From a virus (Duplodnaviria; Heunggongvirae; Uroviricota; Caudoviricetes): a stretch of DNA of 11,972 nucleotides. Both the position numbers and the translations under genes were made by a program. The notes below the pieces were generated by a model that saw only the letters and a program-made list of their open reading frames with translations, made no database searches and was not told the DNA's origin. The stretch is from IMG/VR virus record IMGVR_UViG_2713896773_000004, positions 1 to 11,972 of that record, one strand, 5' to 3'. This document shows, piece after piece, positions 1 through 7,293 of the stretch; the stretch's first letter is position 1, and every line of letters starts with the position of its first letter.

Positions 1-29
1 TTTGAATAACTGAATAAGGTAATAAAACA

Positions 30-494
30 ATGACTCAACATATTGGCGTGAAGCTCATCAATGCTTACCCGATGACCCGTCTGGCATATAACGACTTTCG
101 TGGTTGGGAGTTACCAAGTGACGAAAACGGAAGTGATGAAGGTTATCTCGTCGAGTATCTGGATGGCGGAAAGCCAAACACCGATCGCTTCAACGGGTAT
201 GTGAGCTGGAGTCCGAAAGATGTGTTCGACAAAGCCTACCGACCAGTGGCGGGGCTTAGCTTCGGACTGGCTGTCGAAGCCCTGAAATCAGGCAAGCGTG
301 TCACCCGCGCAGGCTGGAACGGCAAGGGCCTGTGGCTTGAGCTGGTCCAGCAGTCGCCATCTGTGGACCTGCCGTACATTCGTTTAATTTATCCTGTGCC
401 GGGCAATGGTGCTATGCCATACCCAAATGGCGCTCGCGTGCCTTGGGCACCAAGCCAAACCGACGTCTTGGCTGATGACTGGCAAATTCTCTAA
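30..494 (+). CDS. Two-domain phage accessory protein; C-terminal DUF2829-like (Tad2-like) domain, N-terminal uncharacterised domain
   Basis: 154-aa ORF with ATG at 30 downstream of AAGG. C-terminal half has the motif series FGLAVEALKSGKRVTRAGWNGKG ... VPWAPSQTDVLADDWQIL, which I recognise from memory as the DUF2829 pattern (FGEAL.ALK.GK.V.R.GWNGK ... PW..SQ.D.LA.DW). N-terminal half (GYLVEYLDG ... YVSWSPKDVFDKAY) looks like a separate domain. No search was run. Confidence 0.55.
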   Translation: MTQHIGVKLINAYPMTRLAYNDFRGWELPSDENGSDEGYLVEYLDGGKPNTDRFNGYVSWSPKDVFDKAYRPVAGLSFGLAVEALKSGKRVTRAGWNGKGLWLELVQQSPSVDLPYIRLIYPVPGNGAMPYPNGARVPWAPSQTDVLADDWQIL

Positions 495-517
495 ACCAGT
501 TGCTTGGGGGGTGGTCT

Positions 518-727
518 ATGCGAGATGACGATTTTCACCATGTGGGCGATGGCCGCGGTAAGCGCCGAGTGTTCGTTAACGGCAACGAGGTCAAGCGCTG
601 CGTATGGGCGGATGTTAAGCGAGGAATAGCATGCTTCTACCCATACCCCATTCGGGTCCATAAGCGAAAGCGCGATGAAGTCTATACCCGCAAACTGCGC
701 GGCGTAATAACCGTCGAATTTATCTAA
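518..727 (+). CDS. Small basic hypothetical phage protein (about 69 aa)
   Basis: ORF in the track as 500..727 (TTG start). I prefer the in-frame ATG at 518, which follows a G-rich Shine-Dalgarno-like run GGGGGGTGG (505-513). Lys/Arg-rich (KRKRDEVYTRKLRG). No family recognised. Followed directly by a terminator. Confidence 0.45.
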   Translation: MRDDDFHHVGDGRGKRRVFVNGNEVKRCVWADVKRGIACFYPYPIRVHKRKRDEVYTRKLRGVITVEFI

Positions 728-728
728 C

Positions 729-753
729 AGGCTGCCTTCGGGTGGCCTTTTTT
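729..753 (+). terminator. Rho-independent terminator (UUCG tetraloop hairpin plus T6)
   Basis: AGGCUGCC-UUCG-GGUGGCCU forms an 8-bp stem with two G-U wobbles, followed by TTTTTT, immediately after the stop at 725-727. Confidence 0.6.
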
Positions 754-834
754 ATGCCTGCCGCTGAGCGGATGCGACGCGGTGACCGGGTCGGATGACC
801 TATTACCAATGGCCGGAAGGCTGGAGCAAAAACA

Positions 835-1587
835 ATGAAACTGAAACTTGATGCTAACGGAAATGTGGTCGTTGAAAACGGTATGCCTGTGTACATCCAT
901 GATGATGGCAAAGAAATCCCGTTCGACGCAGCCGCAGCGATGACCAAAATCACCTCCCTGAATGGTGAAGCTAAAACTCACCGTGAAGCGAAGGAGGCGG
1001 CGGAAGCCAGTCTCGCGAAATTCTCTGGCATCACCGATCCGACCAAGGCGCTCGAAGCCCTGGAGATGATGACCAAAATCGACCAGAAAAAACTGATCGA
1101 CGCTGGCGCTGTTGACCAGGTTAAGGCTGAGATTACCAAGGTATTCCAGCAGCAGCTGGATGAAGCGAACGGCAAGACCAAACAGCTCGAAAGCCAGCTC
1201 TACGACGAGATGATCGGCGGGCGCTTCGGTGGCTCCAAATTCATTTCAGAGAAGATGGCGATCCCGGCTGAGTTCGTGCGTTCCCACTTCGGTCAGAACT
1301 TCAAAATCGAAGACGGCAAAGTCGTGGCGTACGACGGGCAGGGCAACAAGGTGTTCTCTCGCACCAAGCCAGGCGAGTTAGCCAGCTTTGATGAGGCCCT
1401 GGAGTCTCTGGTCGAGTCGCATCCGCAGAAAGATTACATCCTCAAAGCGTCCGGTAACAGCGGCGGCGGTTCTCACCAGTCGCAGCACCAGGCCGGGCAA
1501 AAAACCATGAAACGCGATGCGTTTGATTCCCTGGATAACGCTGGCAAGCAAGCAGCGCTGAAAGACGGCGTCAGCATCGTCGATTAA
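835..1587 (+). CDS. Putative capsid scaffolding protein
   Basis: 250-aa ORF with AGGCTGGAG upstream. Charged, Ala/Lys/Glu-rich, predicted helical/coiled-coil composition, Gly/Ser/Gln-rich linker near the C-terminus. Sits immediately upstream of the major capsid gene with a 17-nt gap, the usual scaffold position. Confidence 0.55.
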   Translation: MKLKLDANGNVVVENGMPVYIHDDGKEIPFDAAAAMTKITSLNGEAKTHREAKEAAEASLAKFSGITDPTKALEALEMMTKIDQKKLIDAGAVDQVKAEITKVFQQQLDEANGKTKQLESQLYDEMIGGRFGGSKFISEKMAIPAEFVRSHFGQNFKIEDGKVVAYDGQGNKVFSRTKPGELASFDEALESLVESHPQKDYILKASGNSGGGSHQSQHQAGQKTMKRDAFDSLDNAGKQAALKDGVSIVD

Positions 1588-1604
1588 ATCGAAAGGAGCC
1601 ATAA

Positions 1605-2744
1605 ATGGCAGGCAATACCCTTACTGGTCTGATCCCGACCATCTATACCGCGCTGTACGTAGTGTCCCGCGAGCAAACTGGTTTTATTCCTGCGGTGGCG
1701 CGTGACGCGAAAGCGGATGCTGCTGCAAAAGACCAGACCGTACGTGCGCCAGTCGCACCTGCAGCCACCACTGAAGATATTGTCCCTGGACCTTCAGCGC
1801 CTAATTCTGGCGACCAGACCATCGGTGGTGTGGATGTCAAAATCACCAAATCCAAAATGGCCCCGGTGAAATGGAATGGTGAAGAGCAATTGGCTCTGGG
1901 CCCGGCTGGTACCTACAACACCATCCTGGCTGACCAGTTCAAGCAGGCTTTCCGTGCGCTGGCGAACGAAGTGGATGCGGATCTCGCTGCGCTGTACCTC
2001 AACTCCTCCCGCGCTGTTGGCGCGCCAAAGAATACCCCGTTCAGCATCAAAGACGATCTGACTGATGCTGCGTTGGCGCGTCAAATCCTGACCGATAACG
2101 GTGCGCCGACTACTGATTTGCGTATGGTGCTGGGTGGCGAAGCGATGGCATCCATCCGTGGTAAACAGGCTGTACTCTTCAAAGCGAACGAAGCGGGAAC
2201 CGACCAACTGCTGCGTGAAGGTGTTATCGGTCGCATCATGGGCTTCAACCTCCACGAATCCTTCAGCATCAAGCGTACCGCGAAAAGCGCTGCTGCTGGC
2301 TATAAGGTCAATGGCGCGAAGAAAGAGGGCGATATCATCATCGCTATCTCTGCTGGCACCGGCGGTATTGCTGCAGGTACTGCGGTGAAGTTCGCCGGTG
2401 ATGACAATCAGTATCTGGTCGTTGCGGCTACGTCTTCCACTATCACTATTAGCGCGCCGGGCCTCCGTCAGGATCTGGCAGACCAGGCTGATGTCACTGT
2501 GTTGAGCGAATTTGTACCGAACATGGCGTTTGACCGCGGGGCATTCCTGCTGGCCAGCCGTACCCCGGCGATGCCTGAAGGTGGCGATACTGCTGATGAC
2601 GTCATGAATGTGACCGACCCGGTATCTGGCATCACCTTCCAGGTGGCGCTGTACCGCCAGTACCGTCAGGTGCGTTATGAAGTGGGCCTGGCATGGGGTG
2701 TGGCTGCTGTGGCGCCACGTCATTCCGCCATCATCATGGGTTAA
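1605..2744 (+). CDS. Major capsid (coat) protein, P22 coat-like by motif resemblance
   Basis: 379-aa ORF with strong RBS AAGGAG about 8 nt upstream. Position after the scaffold gene and before connector genes. Segments GDIIIAISAGTGGIAAGTAVKFAGDDNQYLVV and the C-terminal GLAWGVAAVAPRHSAI resemble motifs I recall from P22 gp5-type coat proteins. Followed by a hairpin terminator/attenuator, typical of highly expressed capsid genes. Confidence 0.65.
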   Translation: MAGNTLTGLIPTIYTALYVVSREQTGFIPAVARDAKADAAAKDQTVRAPVAPAATTEDIVPGPSAPNSGDQTIGGVDVKITKSKMAPVKWNGEEQLALGPAGTYNTILADQFKQAFRALANEVDADLAALYLNSSRAVGAPKNTPFSIKDDLTDAALARQILTDNGAPTTDLRMVLGGEAMASIRGKQAVLFKANEAGTDQLLREGVIGRIMGFNLHESFSIKRTAKSAAAGYKVNGAKKEGDIIIAISAGTGGIAAGTAVKFAGDDNQYLVVAATSSTITISAPGLRQDLADQADVTVLSEFVPNMAFDRGAFLLASRTPAMPEGGDTADDVMNVTDPVSGITFQVALYRQYRQVRYEVGLAWGVAAVAPRHSAIIMG

Positions 2745-2748
2745 CCCA

Positions 2749-2770
2749 GGGGGCTTCGGCCCCTTTGTTT
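2749..2770 (+). terminator. Rho-independent terminator/attenuator after the capsid gene
   Basis: GGGGC-UUCG-GCCCC hairpin (2750-2763) followed by TTTGTTTT. Located between the capsid stop (2744) and the next RBS (AGGAGG, 2773-2778). Confidence 0.55.
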
Positions 2771-2782
2771 TCAGGAGGCCCA

Positions 2783-2983
2783 ATGGCCGGATTAACCAAA
2801 GAGCAGAGCGCGCAGCGTGAGGCTGAAAAGCTTGCCGCGCAGAACGGCGCTGAACAAACAGGTATTGAGCTGGTGGCTATGATGCGAGATACCCCGGAGT
2901 TCCCCGGCGGTCCGCTGAGCGCTGAGGTTCACCCTGACGAAGTCGATAACTGGCTGGCGCTGGACTGGCGACTGGAGGAGTAA
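2783..2983 (+). CDS. Small hypothetical head-module protein (66 aa)
   Basis: ORF track gives 2693..2983, but that start overlaps the capsid gene and its terminator. The in-frame ATG at 2783 has a consensus AGGAGG RBS 5 nt upstream. Acidic protein, no family recognised. Confidence 0.55.
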   Translation: MAGLTKEQSAQREAEKLAAQNGAEQTGIELVAMMRDTPEFPGGPLSAEVHPDEVDNWLALDWRLEE

Positions 2984-2985
2984 CT

Positions 2986-3297
2986 GTGAGCGATAAAGAT
3001 ATTGAGCAGGAAATTCAGGCCAAAGGCTTGAACGCGCCGCGCGTTACGCTGGGCGAGTTGAAGGCGAATATTAAGCATGCCGAGATCGTGAAGCACGTAT
3101 CCGTCACCGGGCAGGTGCTTCGCTGGGCGGTCATCACCACTCAAAACGGATTCGCAGTAACAGGGAATCCGTCGTGCTCAGTTTCCTCCGCTAACGACAA
3201 CGCTGAAATTGGCGAGAAAATTGCTATTGAGAACGCCGAAAGCGAGTTGTGGGCGTTGATGGGATATGCGTTAAAGCAGAAGCTTTTCGAAGCCTGA
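2986..3297 (+). CDS. Gp49-like small phage protein (PF13876-like pattern), function unknown
   Basis: 103-aa ORF with GTG start at 2986 preceded by GGAGGAG. Pattern TLGELKANI ... VTGQVLRWAVITTQNGFAVTGNPSCSVSSANDNAEIGEKIAIENAESELWALMGYALK matches my memory of the gp49/gp66-type small phage protein family. Not verified by search. Confidence 0.45.
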   Translation: MSDKDIEQEIQAKGLNAPRVTLGELKANIKHAEIVKHVSVTGQVLRWAVITTQNGFAVTGNPSCSVSSANDNAEIGEKIAIENAESELWALMGYALKQKLFEA

Positions 3298-3310
3298 GAG
3301 GAGCTCTGAG

Positions 3311-3793
3311 ATGATTAATGCCGATCCCCATTCGTCTGACTTCAACAGCTATGCCAGCGTTGGTGATCTGCGCGCGTTCGCTGCGGGGCGCGGATACACC
3401 ATCCCTGCTGAAGATGGCGAATGCAGCCAGATGCTGATGCAGGCAATGGACTTTCTGGAAGGGAAGGCCTGGCGCGGTCAGCGTTCCAGCGCATCACAGC
3501 CTCTATCCTGGCCGCGTTCCGGCGTGCGCTTCGATGGTGTTGACCTGTCGAATGATGCGATTCCACAGCGCCTGATTGATGCTCAATGTCGCCTGGCCAT
3601 CGAATCGCAGGAGATTGACCTCACCCCGTCGGTCGCTGGCGGTGGGGCGGTTACGATGGAGCGCGTCGAGGGTGCGGTAACAGTCCAGTATGAGCCGGGA
3701 ACGAATAAAGCTTCTCCGTCATTCCCATGGTTCTATTCCGCACTGCGCGGGCTTGTAGTGGGCGGCAACCAGGTCCGGGTCGAAAGGGGGTAG
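3311..3793 (+). CDS. Putative head-tail connector / adaptor protein
   Basis: 160-aa ORF with GAGGAG RBS. First of four tightly packed small genes between the capsid and major tail genes, the canonical siphovirus connector/neck block. Assignment is by position and size, not by recognised homology. Confidence 0.4.
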   Translation: MINADPHSSDFNSYASVGDLRAFAAGRGYTIPAEDGECSQMLMQAMDFLEGKAWRGQRSSASQPLSWPRSGVRFDGVDLSNDAIPQRLIDAQCRLAIESQEIDLTPSVAGGGAVTMERVEGAVTVQYEPGTNKASPSFPWFYSALRGLVVGGNQVRVERG

Positions 3794-3794
3794 C

Positions 3795-4148
3795 ATGGCA
3801 ATCGACTATCGCCGCATGCGCGCGACCGCGACCCGACTGCTGACCGAGAACGGGAAGGCATATCAGCTTACCCGCGGCGGCGGCACCATCCGTGACCAGT
3901 TCGGCAAAGAGGTCACCACCCCGGCCATTACCGCGACCGTAACCGGTGTTATCACCGAATACTCCTCCCGCGAAATCGACGGTTCCCTGATCGCCACCGG
4001 CGACAAGAAGCTGGCGGCCACTTTCGAGACGGAAGTGCGCATCGATGACCGCATCGAAATCGACAGCAAAAAGTGGCGCGTGGTACAGCCGAATCCGGTT
4101 AAGCCTGCCGATGTGCTGATCTCCTACAACATCCAGCTGAGGGCGTAA
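3795..4148 (+). CDS. Putative head-tail joining / head closure protein
   Basis: 117-aa ORF starting 2 nt after the previous stop (translational coupling), GGGGG upstream. Position and size fit a head-tail joining protein. Confidence 0.4.
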   Translation: MAIDYRRMRATATRLLTENGKAYQLTRGGGTIRDQFGKEVTTPAITATVTGVITEYSSREIDGSLIATGDKKLAATFETEVRIDDRIEIDSKKWRVVQPNPVKPADVLISYNIQLRA

Positions 4149-4150
4149 CT

Positions 4151-4750
4151 ATGGTGGGGTCTGTTAATCAGCCGTTCCTGGCTGCCATTCAGCTGTTCGT
4201 GGATGGCTCGAAGCAGGAGATGGACGAGGTGGTGCGCCGGACGGGTATTAAAATCCTCGCTCAACTGGTTGAGATGTCCCCGGTGGGCCAACCGGATATC
4301 TGGCAGGTCAACCAGACCGCGACGGCGTACAACACTGCGGTGCGGGAGCATAACGCGACCCTGCGTGATGACCCGGCTAATCTGACCAAATCAGGACGAC
4401 TTAAGCGCGGCCTGCGCGTCAACGACTCGATGGACATCAAAAAGCCTGAGGGCTATGTCGGCGGGCGGTTTAAAAACAACTGGTATGTGGGCTTTGACAG
4501 CCAGCCAAGCCAATCCAACGACACCCCCGACGCTTCCGGCCAGGGTTCCAACTCCCGCGGTCTGGCAGTGCTCGAGGTGTTCCGGGTAGGGCAGGTCAGC
4601 TCGATTTTCTTCACCAATAATCTGCCATATGCGGCAGCACTGGAGAACGGGCATTCCGGCCAGGCACCCGGCGGCATGGTGGGCATCACTGCGCTGGATG
4701 CCGCGCAGTTGTTCCGTGAGGCAATGAGCGAGGTGCGCAATGGCCAGTGA
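4151..4750 (+). CDS. Putative tail completion / neck protein (HK97 gp10-like position)
   Basis: 199-aa ORF starting 3 nt after the previous stop. Third gene of the connector block. Family assignment by synteny only. Confidence 0.4.
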   Translation: MVGSVNQPFLAAIQLFVDGSKQEMDEVVRRTGIKILAQLVEMSPVGQPDIWQVNQTATAYNTAVREHNATLRDDPANLTKSGRLKRGLRVNDSMDIKKPEGYVGGRFKNNWYVGFDSQPSQSNDTPDASGQGSNSRGLAVLEVFRVGQVSSIFFTNNLPYAAALENGHSGQAPGGMVGITALDAAQLFREAMSEVRNGQ

Positions 4751-5189
4751 CCAGTCAATGCGAATTGCTGAACTACTGGAGAGCCGCATTGCGGTTATCT
4801 GCTTATCGCTTGGGCTGCCCGTAGCCTGGCCGAACATACCGTTTACTCCCCCGGATAGCTCACCATACGGGCGTGTTTATGTTCTGCCGGCACAGACGGT
4901 GGGGCAAGACCTGGAAGGTCAATTGCGAACCTATCAGGGCATCCTGCAGCTCAACATCATTGCGCCAGCAGGCAGCGGCGTGACGCAGGCCAGAGGGCTG
5001 GCTAAATCTGTCGCTGATGCATTTCCTGAAGGGCTTGCGCTGGTGGATGGTGACCTGACTGTTTATATCAATGGGCCGCCGCAGGTGAGACAACCCATCC
5101 AGGACCGGCCAACCTCGGCGTCCAACGGGTCCAGTGGCTCCATAACCTACACCATTCCCGTCAGCATGCAGTACCGCGCTGACTACTGA
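4740..5189 (+). CDS. Putative tail terminator protein (gpU-like position)
   Basis: 149-aa ORF whose ATG (4740) overlaps the previous gene by 11 nt (ATGGCCAGTGA). Last small gene before the major tail gene, the position of the tail terminator in lambda-like clusters. Followed by a terminator. Confidence 0.45.
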   Translation: MASDQSMRIAELLESRIAVICLSLGLPVAWPNIPFTPPDSSPYGRVYVLPAQTVGQDLEGQLRTYQGILQLNIIAPAGSGVTQARGLAKSVADAFPEGLALVDGDLTVYINGPPQVRQPIQDRPTSASNGSSGSITYTIPVSMQYRADY

Positions 5190-5212
5190 CCCGCCAGATG
5201 GCGGGTTTTTTA
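5190..5212 (+). terminator. Rho-independent terminator
   Basis: CCCGCC-AGAU-GGCGGG perfect 6-bp hairpin (5190-5205) followed by TTTTTTATT, immediately after the stop at 5187-5189. Confidence 0.65.
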
Positions 5213-5235
5213 TTACCTAAATTCAGGAGAGTGCT

Positions 5236-6168
5236 ATGGCATTCGCAATCCCTAACGGCTCGCGTGTTAACGTGGCCAAGGCCTATCAGGCTCCCATCAC
5301 CTTTACCGCTGCCTCTAACGCTACTGAATGCGAACTGACTGTTGCATCTGCCGCTGGCATCCTGGCGGGCGACGTAGTGCAGGTGAGCTCCGGCTGGCTA
5401 AAACTCGATAATATGGTGCTGCGCGTTAAATCCGTAGCCGGTACCAAAATCGTGCTGGATTCGTTCGATACCTCTGACACCACCAAATTCCCGGCAGGCA
5501 CTGGCGCGGGCACGCTGCGTAAAATCGACACGTGGATCACGATGCCGCAGGTGATGACCCTCTCCACAGAGGGTGGTGACCAGCAGACCATCAGCGTGCA
5601 GTTCCTTGAAGACGATAAGGCCCGTACCATCCCGACCTTCAAAAACGCCGTGGTGCAGGTCTACACCTTCGCGCACGATCCGCTGCTGGCAATTTACAAG
5701 CGTCTGAGTGAACTTGACGAATCCAGCGACACCACTGCTGTGTGGTTCCATAACCCGCGCGGCAAAGCGGACCGTTATTACTCTGCCAAAGTGTCTTTCC
5801 AGAAGGTGCCTAAGACCGAAATCAACGCCGTGGAAAGCAACGAAGCGCGCATGAACTTCGAATCGGATATGCAGATTTACCCGATCGCCGATTCATCCGT
5901 TACGCCGCTGGCGTTCCTGACTGATCTGCCATCAACCAAAGCAGTTAGTGTTGGAGATGCGCTCGATTTAGCCGTCGTTATGCAAGGCGGCTCAGCCCCT
6001 TACACCTACGTGTGGAAGAAAGGAAGCTCCGCAATTCCGGGCAAAACCGCCTCGACGTTCAACATTTCGTCTGTCTCATCCGGTGATGCTGGCGTTTATA
6101 CCTGCGAAGTCACTGACGCCGCAGGCAAGACCCTAACGTCGGCGGCATGCACCGTTACTGTCAGCTAA
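5236..6168 (+). CDS. Major tail (tube) protein with C-terminal Ig-like domain
   Basis: 310-aa ORF with RBS CAGGAGAG. Sits between the tail terminator and the G/GT chaperone, as lambda V does. C-terminal roughly 80 aa (AVSVGDALDLAVVMQGGSAPYTYVWKKGSS ... SGDAGVYTCEVTDAAGKTLTSAACTVTVS) has the Y-x-C and W hallmarks of an Ig-like domain of the kind appended to many phage tail tube and capsid proteins. Confidence 0.7.
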   Translation: MAFAIPNGSRVNVAKAYQAPITFTAASNATECELTVASAAGILAGDVVQVSSGWLKLDNMVLRVKSVAGTKIVLDSFDTSDTTKFPAGTGAGTLRKIDTWITMPQVMTLSTEGGDQQTISVQFLEDDKARTIPTFKNAVVQVYTFAHDPLLAIYKRLSELDESSDTTAVWFHNPRGKADRYYSAKVSFQKVPKTEINAVESNEARMNFESDMQIYPIADSSVTPLAFLTDLPSTKAVSVGDALDLAVVMQGGSAPYTYVWKKGSSAIPGKTASTFNISSVSSGDAGVYTCEVTDAAGKTLTSAACTVTVS

Positions 6169-6175
6169 CCAATCA

Positions 6176-6200
6176 GGCCCGGTTCGCCGGGCTTTATTTC
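6176..6200 (+). terminator. Rho-independent terminator after the major tail gene
   Basis: GCCCGG-UUCG-CCGGGC hairpin (6177-6192) followed by TTTATTTC. Confidence 0.6.
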
Positions 6201-6384
6201 GCAATGAGTACCGCTGGCGAATTTTCTGTATTCGCATTACCCATCTTTTCAAACTGCGCCTTCACACGCGCTCTCTAACCAAGAACCTTTCAGAAAGCGT
6301 TCCTGAGAACTGCCGTTAGTGCCGGTGGGCCTCTTGGGGCGGCTTTTCTGTGTGAACAGGTTCGCTTTTTAAAAGGTACACACC

Positions 6385-6915
6385 ATGAATCACCCAACCG
6401 TCTCAGTGAATGGGGTCTCCGTCCGCGTTGATGACGAAGGCCGGTACAGTCTTAACGATCTTCATGCGGCAGCGGTAGCTAACGGAGAGGCTACTGAGTC
6501 ACAAAGGCCCAGCGTCTTCCTGCGTAGCGCGCAGATCAAACGCTTCGTTAAAGCGCTAAAATCCAAAGCACTAAAAAGTGCTTCGGAACAAAATCAACCA
6601 CTTAAGGTTATAAAAGGCGGTGATCAAAGTGGTGCATGGGGCATTGAACTTCTGGCAATCCGCTATGCCGCCTGGATAAAGCCAGAGTTTGAGATTGAAG
6701 TGTACGAAGTATTTAGAACAGTGGTGCGTCTTGGTATCAGTGCCATGTCCCGCCTGAACAAAATCGACCACATCATCAACACTGAAACCAAGGCAATTAG
6801 CCAGTGTGCCAGCCAAATGGCCAAGTGGGGTGTTGGTGGTCGCAAGCAGCTATTACATGCAGCCCGGGATCGCGTCGCCGACGAAGTCCAGATGTATCTG
6901 CCCGGCATTAACTAA
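6385..6915 (+). CDS. KilA-N domain protein (moron)
   Basis: 176-aa ORF with AAAAGG upstream. N-terminus VSVNGVSVRVDDEGRYSLNDLHAAA ... SVFLRSAQIKRFVKAL ... GAWGIELLAIRYAAWIKPEFEIEVYEVF matches the KilA-N pattern I recall (V..G..IRV...GRYSLNDLH.A ... F.R ... W..P.F). C-terminal roughly 70 aa unrecognised. Lies in a 786-bp gap between the major tail gene and chaperone G, with terminators on both sides. Confidence 0.6.
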   Translation: MNHPTVSVNGVSVRVDDEGRYSLNDLHAAAVANGEATESQRPSVFLRSAQIKRFVKALKSKALKSASEQNQPLKVIKGGDQSGAWGIELLAIRYAAWIKPEFEIEVYEVFRTVVRLGISAMSRLNKIDHIINTETKAISQCASQMAKWGVGGRKQLLHAARDRVADEVQMYLPGIN

Positions 6916-6916
6916 T

Positions 6917-6941
6917 ACCCGCTACGGCGGGTTTCGTTTTT
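6917..6941 (+). terminator. Rho-independent terminator after the KilA-N gene
   Basis: ACCCGC-UACG-GCGGGU hairpin (6917-6932) followed by TTCGTTTTTCT. Stop codon at 6913-6915. Confidence 0.6.
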
Positions 6942-6954
6942 CTAAGGAACCGAA

Positions 6955-7293
6955 ATGACCAAATTCTCCCTGATCCCGAACCCGACCTTCTCCGTTACCG
7001 CCAGCATCCCGCGCGCTGGTGCTGAAGACGGCAAGCTGACCTTTACCTTCCGCCACAAGACACTGGAAGAGCTGCGCTCTATGGATGAAAAGCTGCAAAA
7101 GTCGGCTGAAGGTAAAAAGGCTGCTATCGAGCCGCAGGCCGACTACCTCATGGAAATTGTCGAGGGGTGGGCACTACCTGACGAGTTCACCCGCGACAAC
7201 GTTATTGTCCTTCTTCAGAACTACCCGCGCGCGTTCGACAGCATCGGTCTGGCCTACACCAAAGAGCTGATGGGTATCCGCGAAAAAAACTAA
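6955..7293 (+). CDS. Tail assembly chaperone (lambda gpG-like)
   Basis: 112-aa ORF with AAGGAA RBS, immediately upstream of the tape measure gene. Ends with a slippery heptamer A_AAA_AAC immediately 5' of its stop codon, and the -1 frame continues open to the tape measure start. Confidence 0.65.
   Translation: MTKFSLIPNPTFSVTASIPRAGAEDGKLTFTFRHKTLEELRSMDEKLQKSAEGKKAAIEPQADYLMEIVEGWALPDEFTRDNVIVLLQNYPRAFDSIGLAYTKELMGIREKN

Noticed and set aside
720-1181. Minus-strand ORFs 720..953, 724..981 and 978..1181
   Set aside because: They overlap the terminator and the scaffold gene and have no RBS. Spurious.
2693-2782. 5' extension of ORF 2693..2983 overlapping the capsid gene end
   Set aside because: The extension overlaps the capsid coding sequence and its terminator hairpin. 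The in-frame ATG at 2783 has a consensus AGGAGG RBS, so the shorter gene is called.
1794-2783. 329-aa minus-strand ORF antisense to the major capsid gene
   Set aside because: It lies entirely within the strongly supported capsid CDS on the opposite strand, has no RBS, and its Arg/Ser/Gly-rich composition is what antisense frames of GC-rich genes produce. Treated as an open-frame artefact.
5039-5046. Chi octamer GCTGGTGG on the plus strand
   Set aside because: A single octamer in 12 kb of GC-rich DNA is close to chance expectation. Without orientation and host context it carries no evidential weight.
4124-5751. Minus-strand and alternate-frame ORFs overlapping the connector, tail terminator and major tail genes (4124..4351 -, 4203..4385 +, 4391..4837 -, 4453..4758 -, 4860..5093 -, 5286..5642 -, 5398..5751 -)
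   Set aside because: They overlap tightly packed, translationally coupled plus-strand genes and have no start signals. Considered non-coding.
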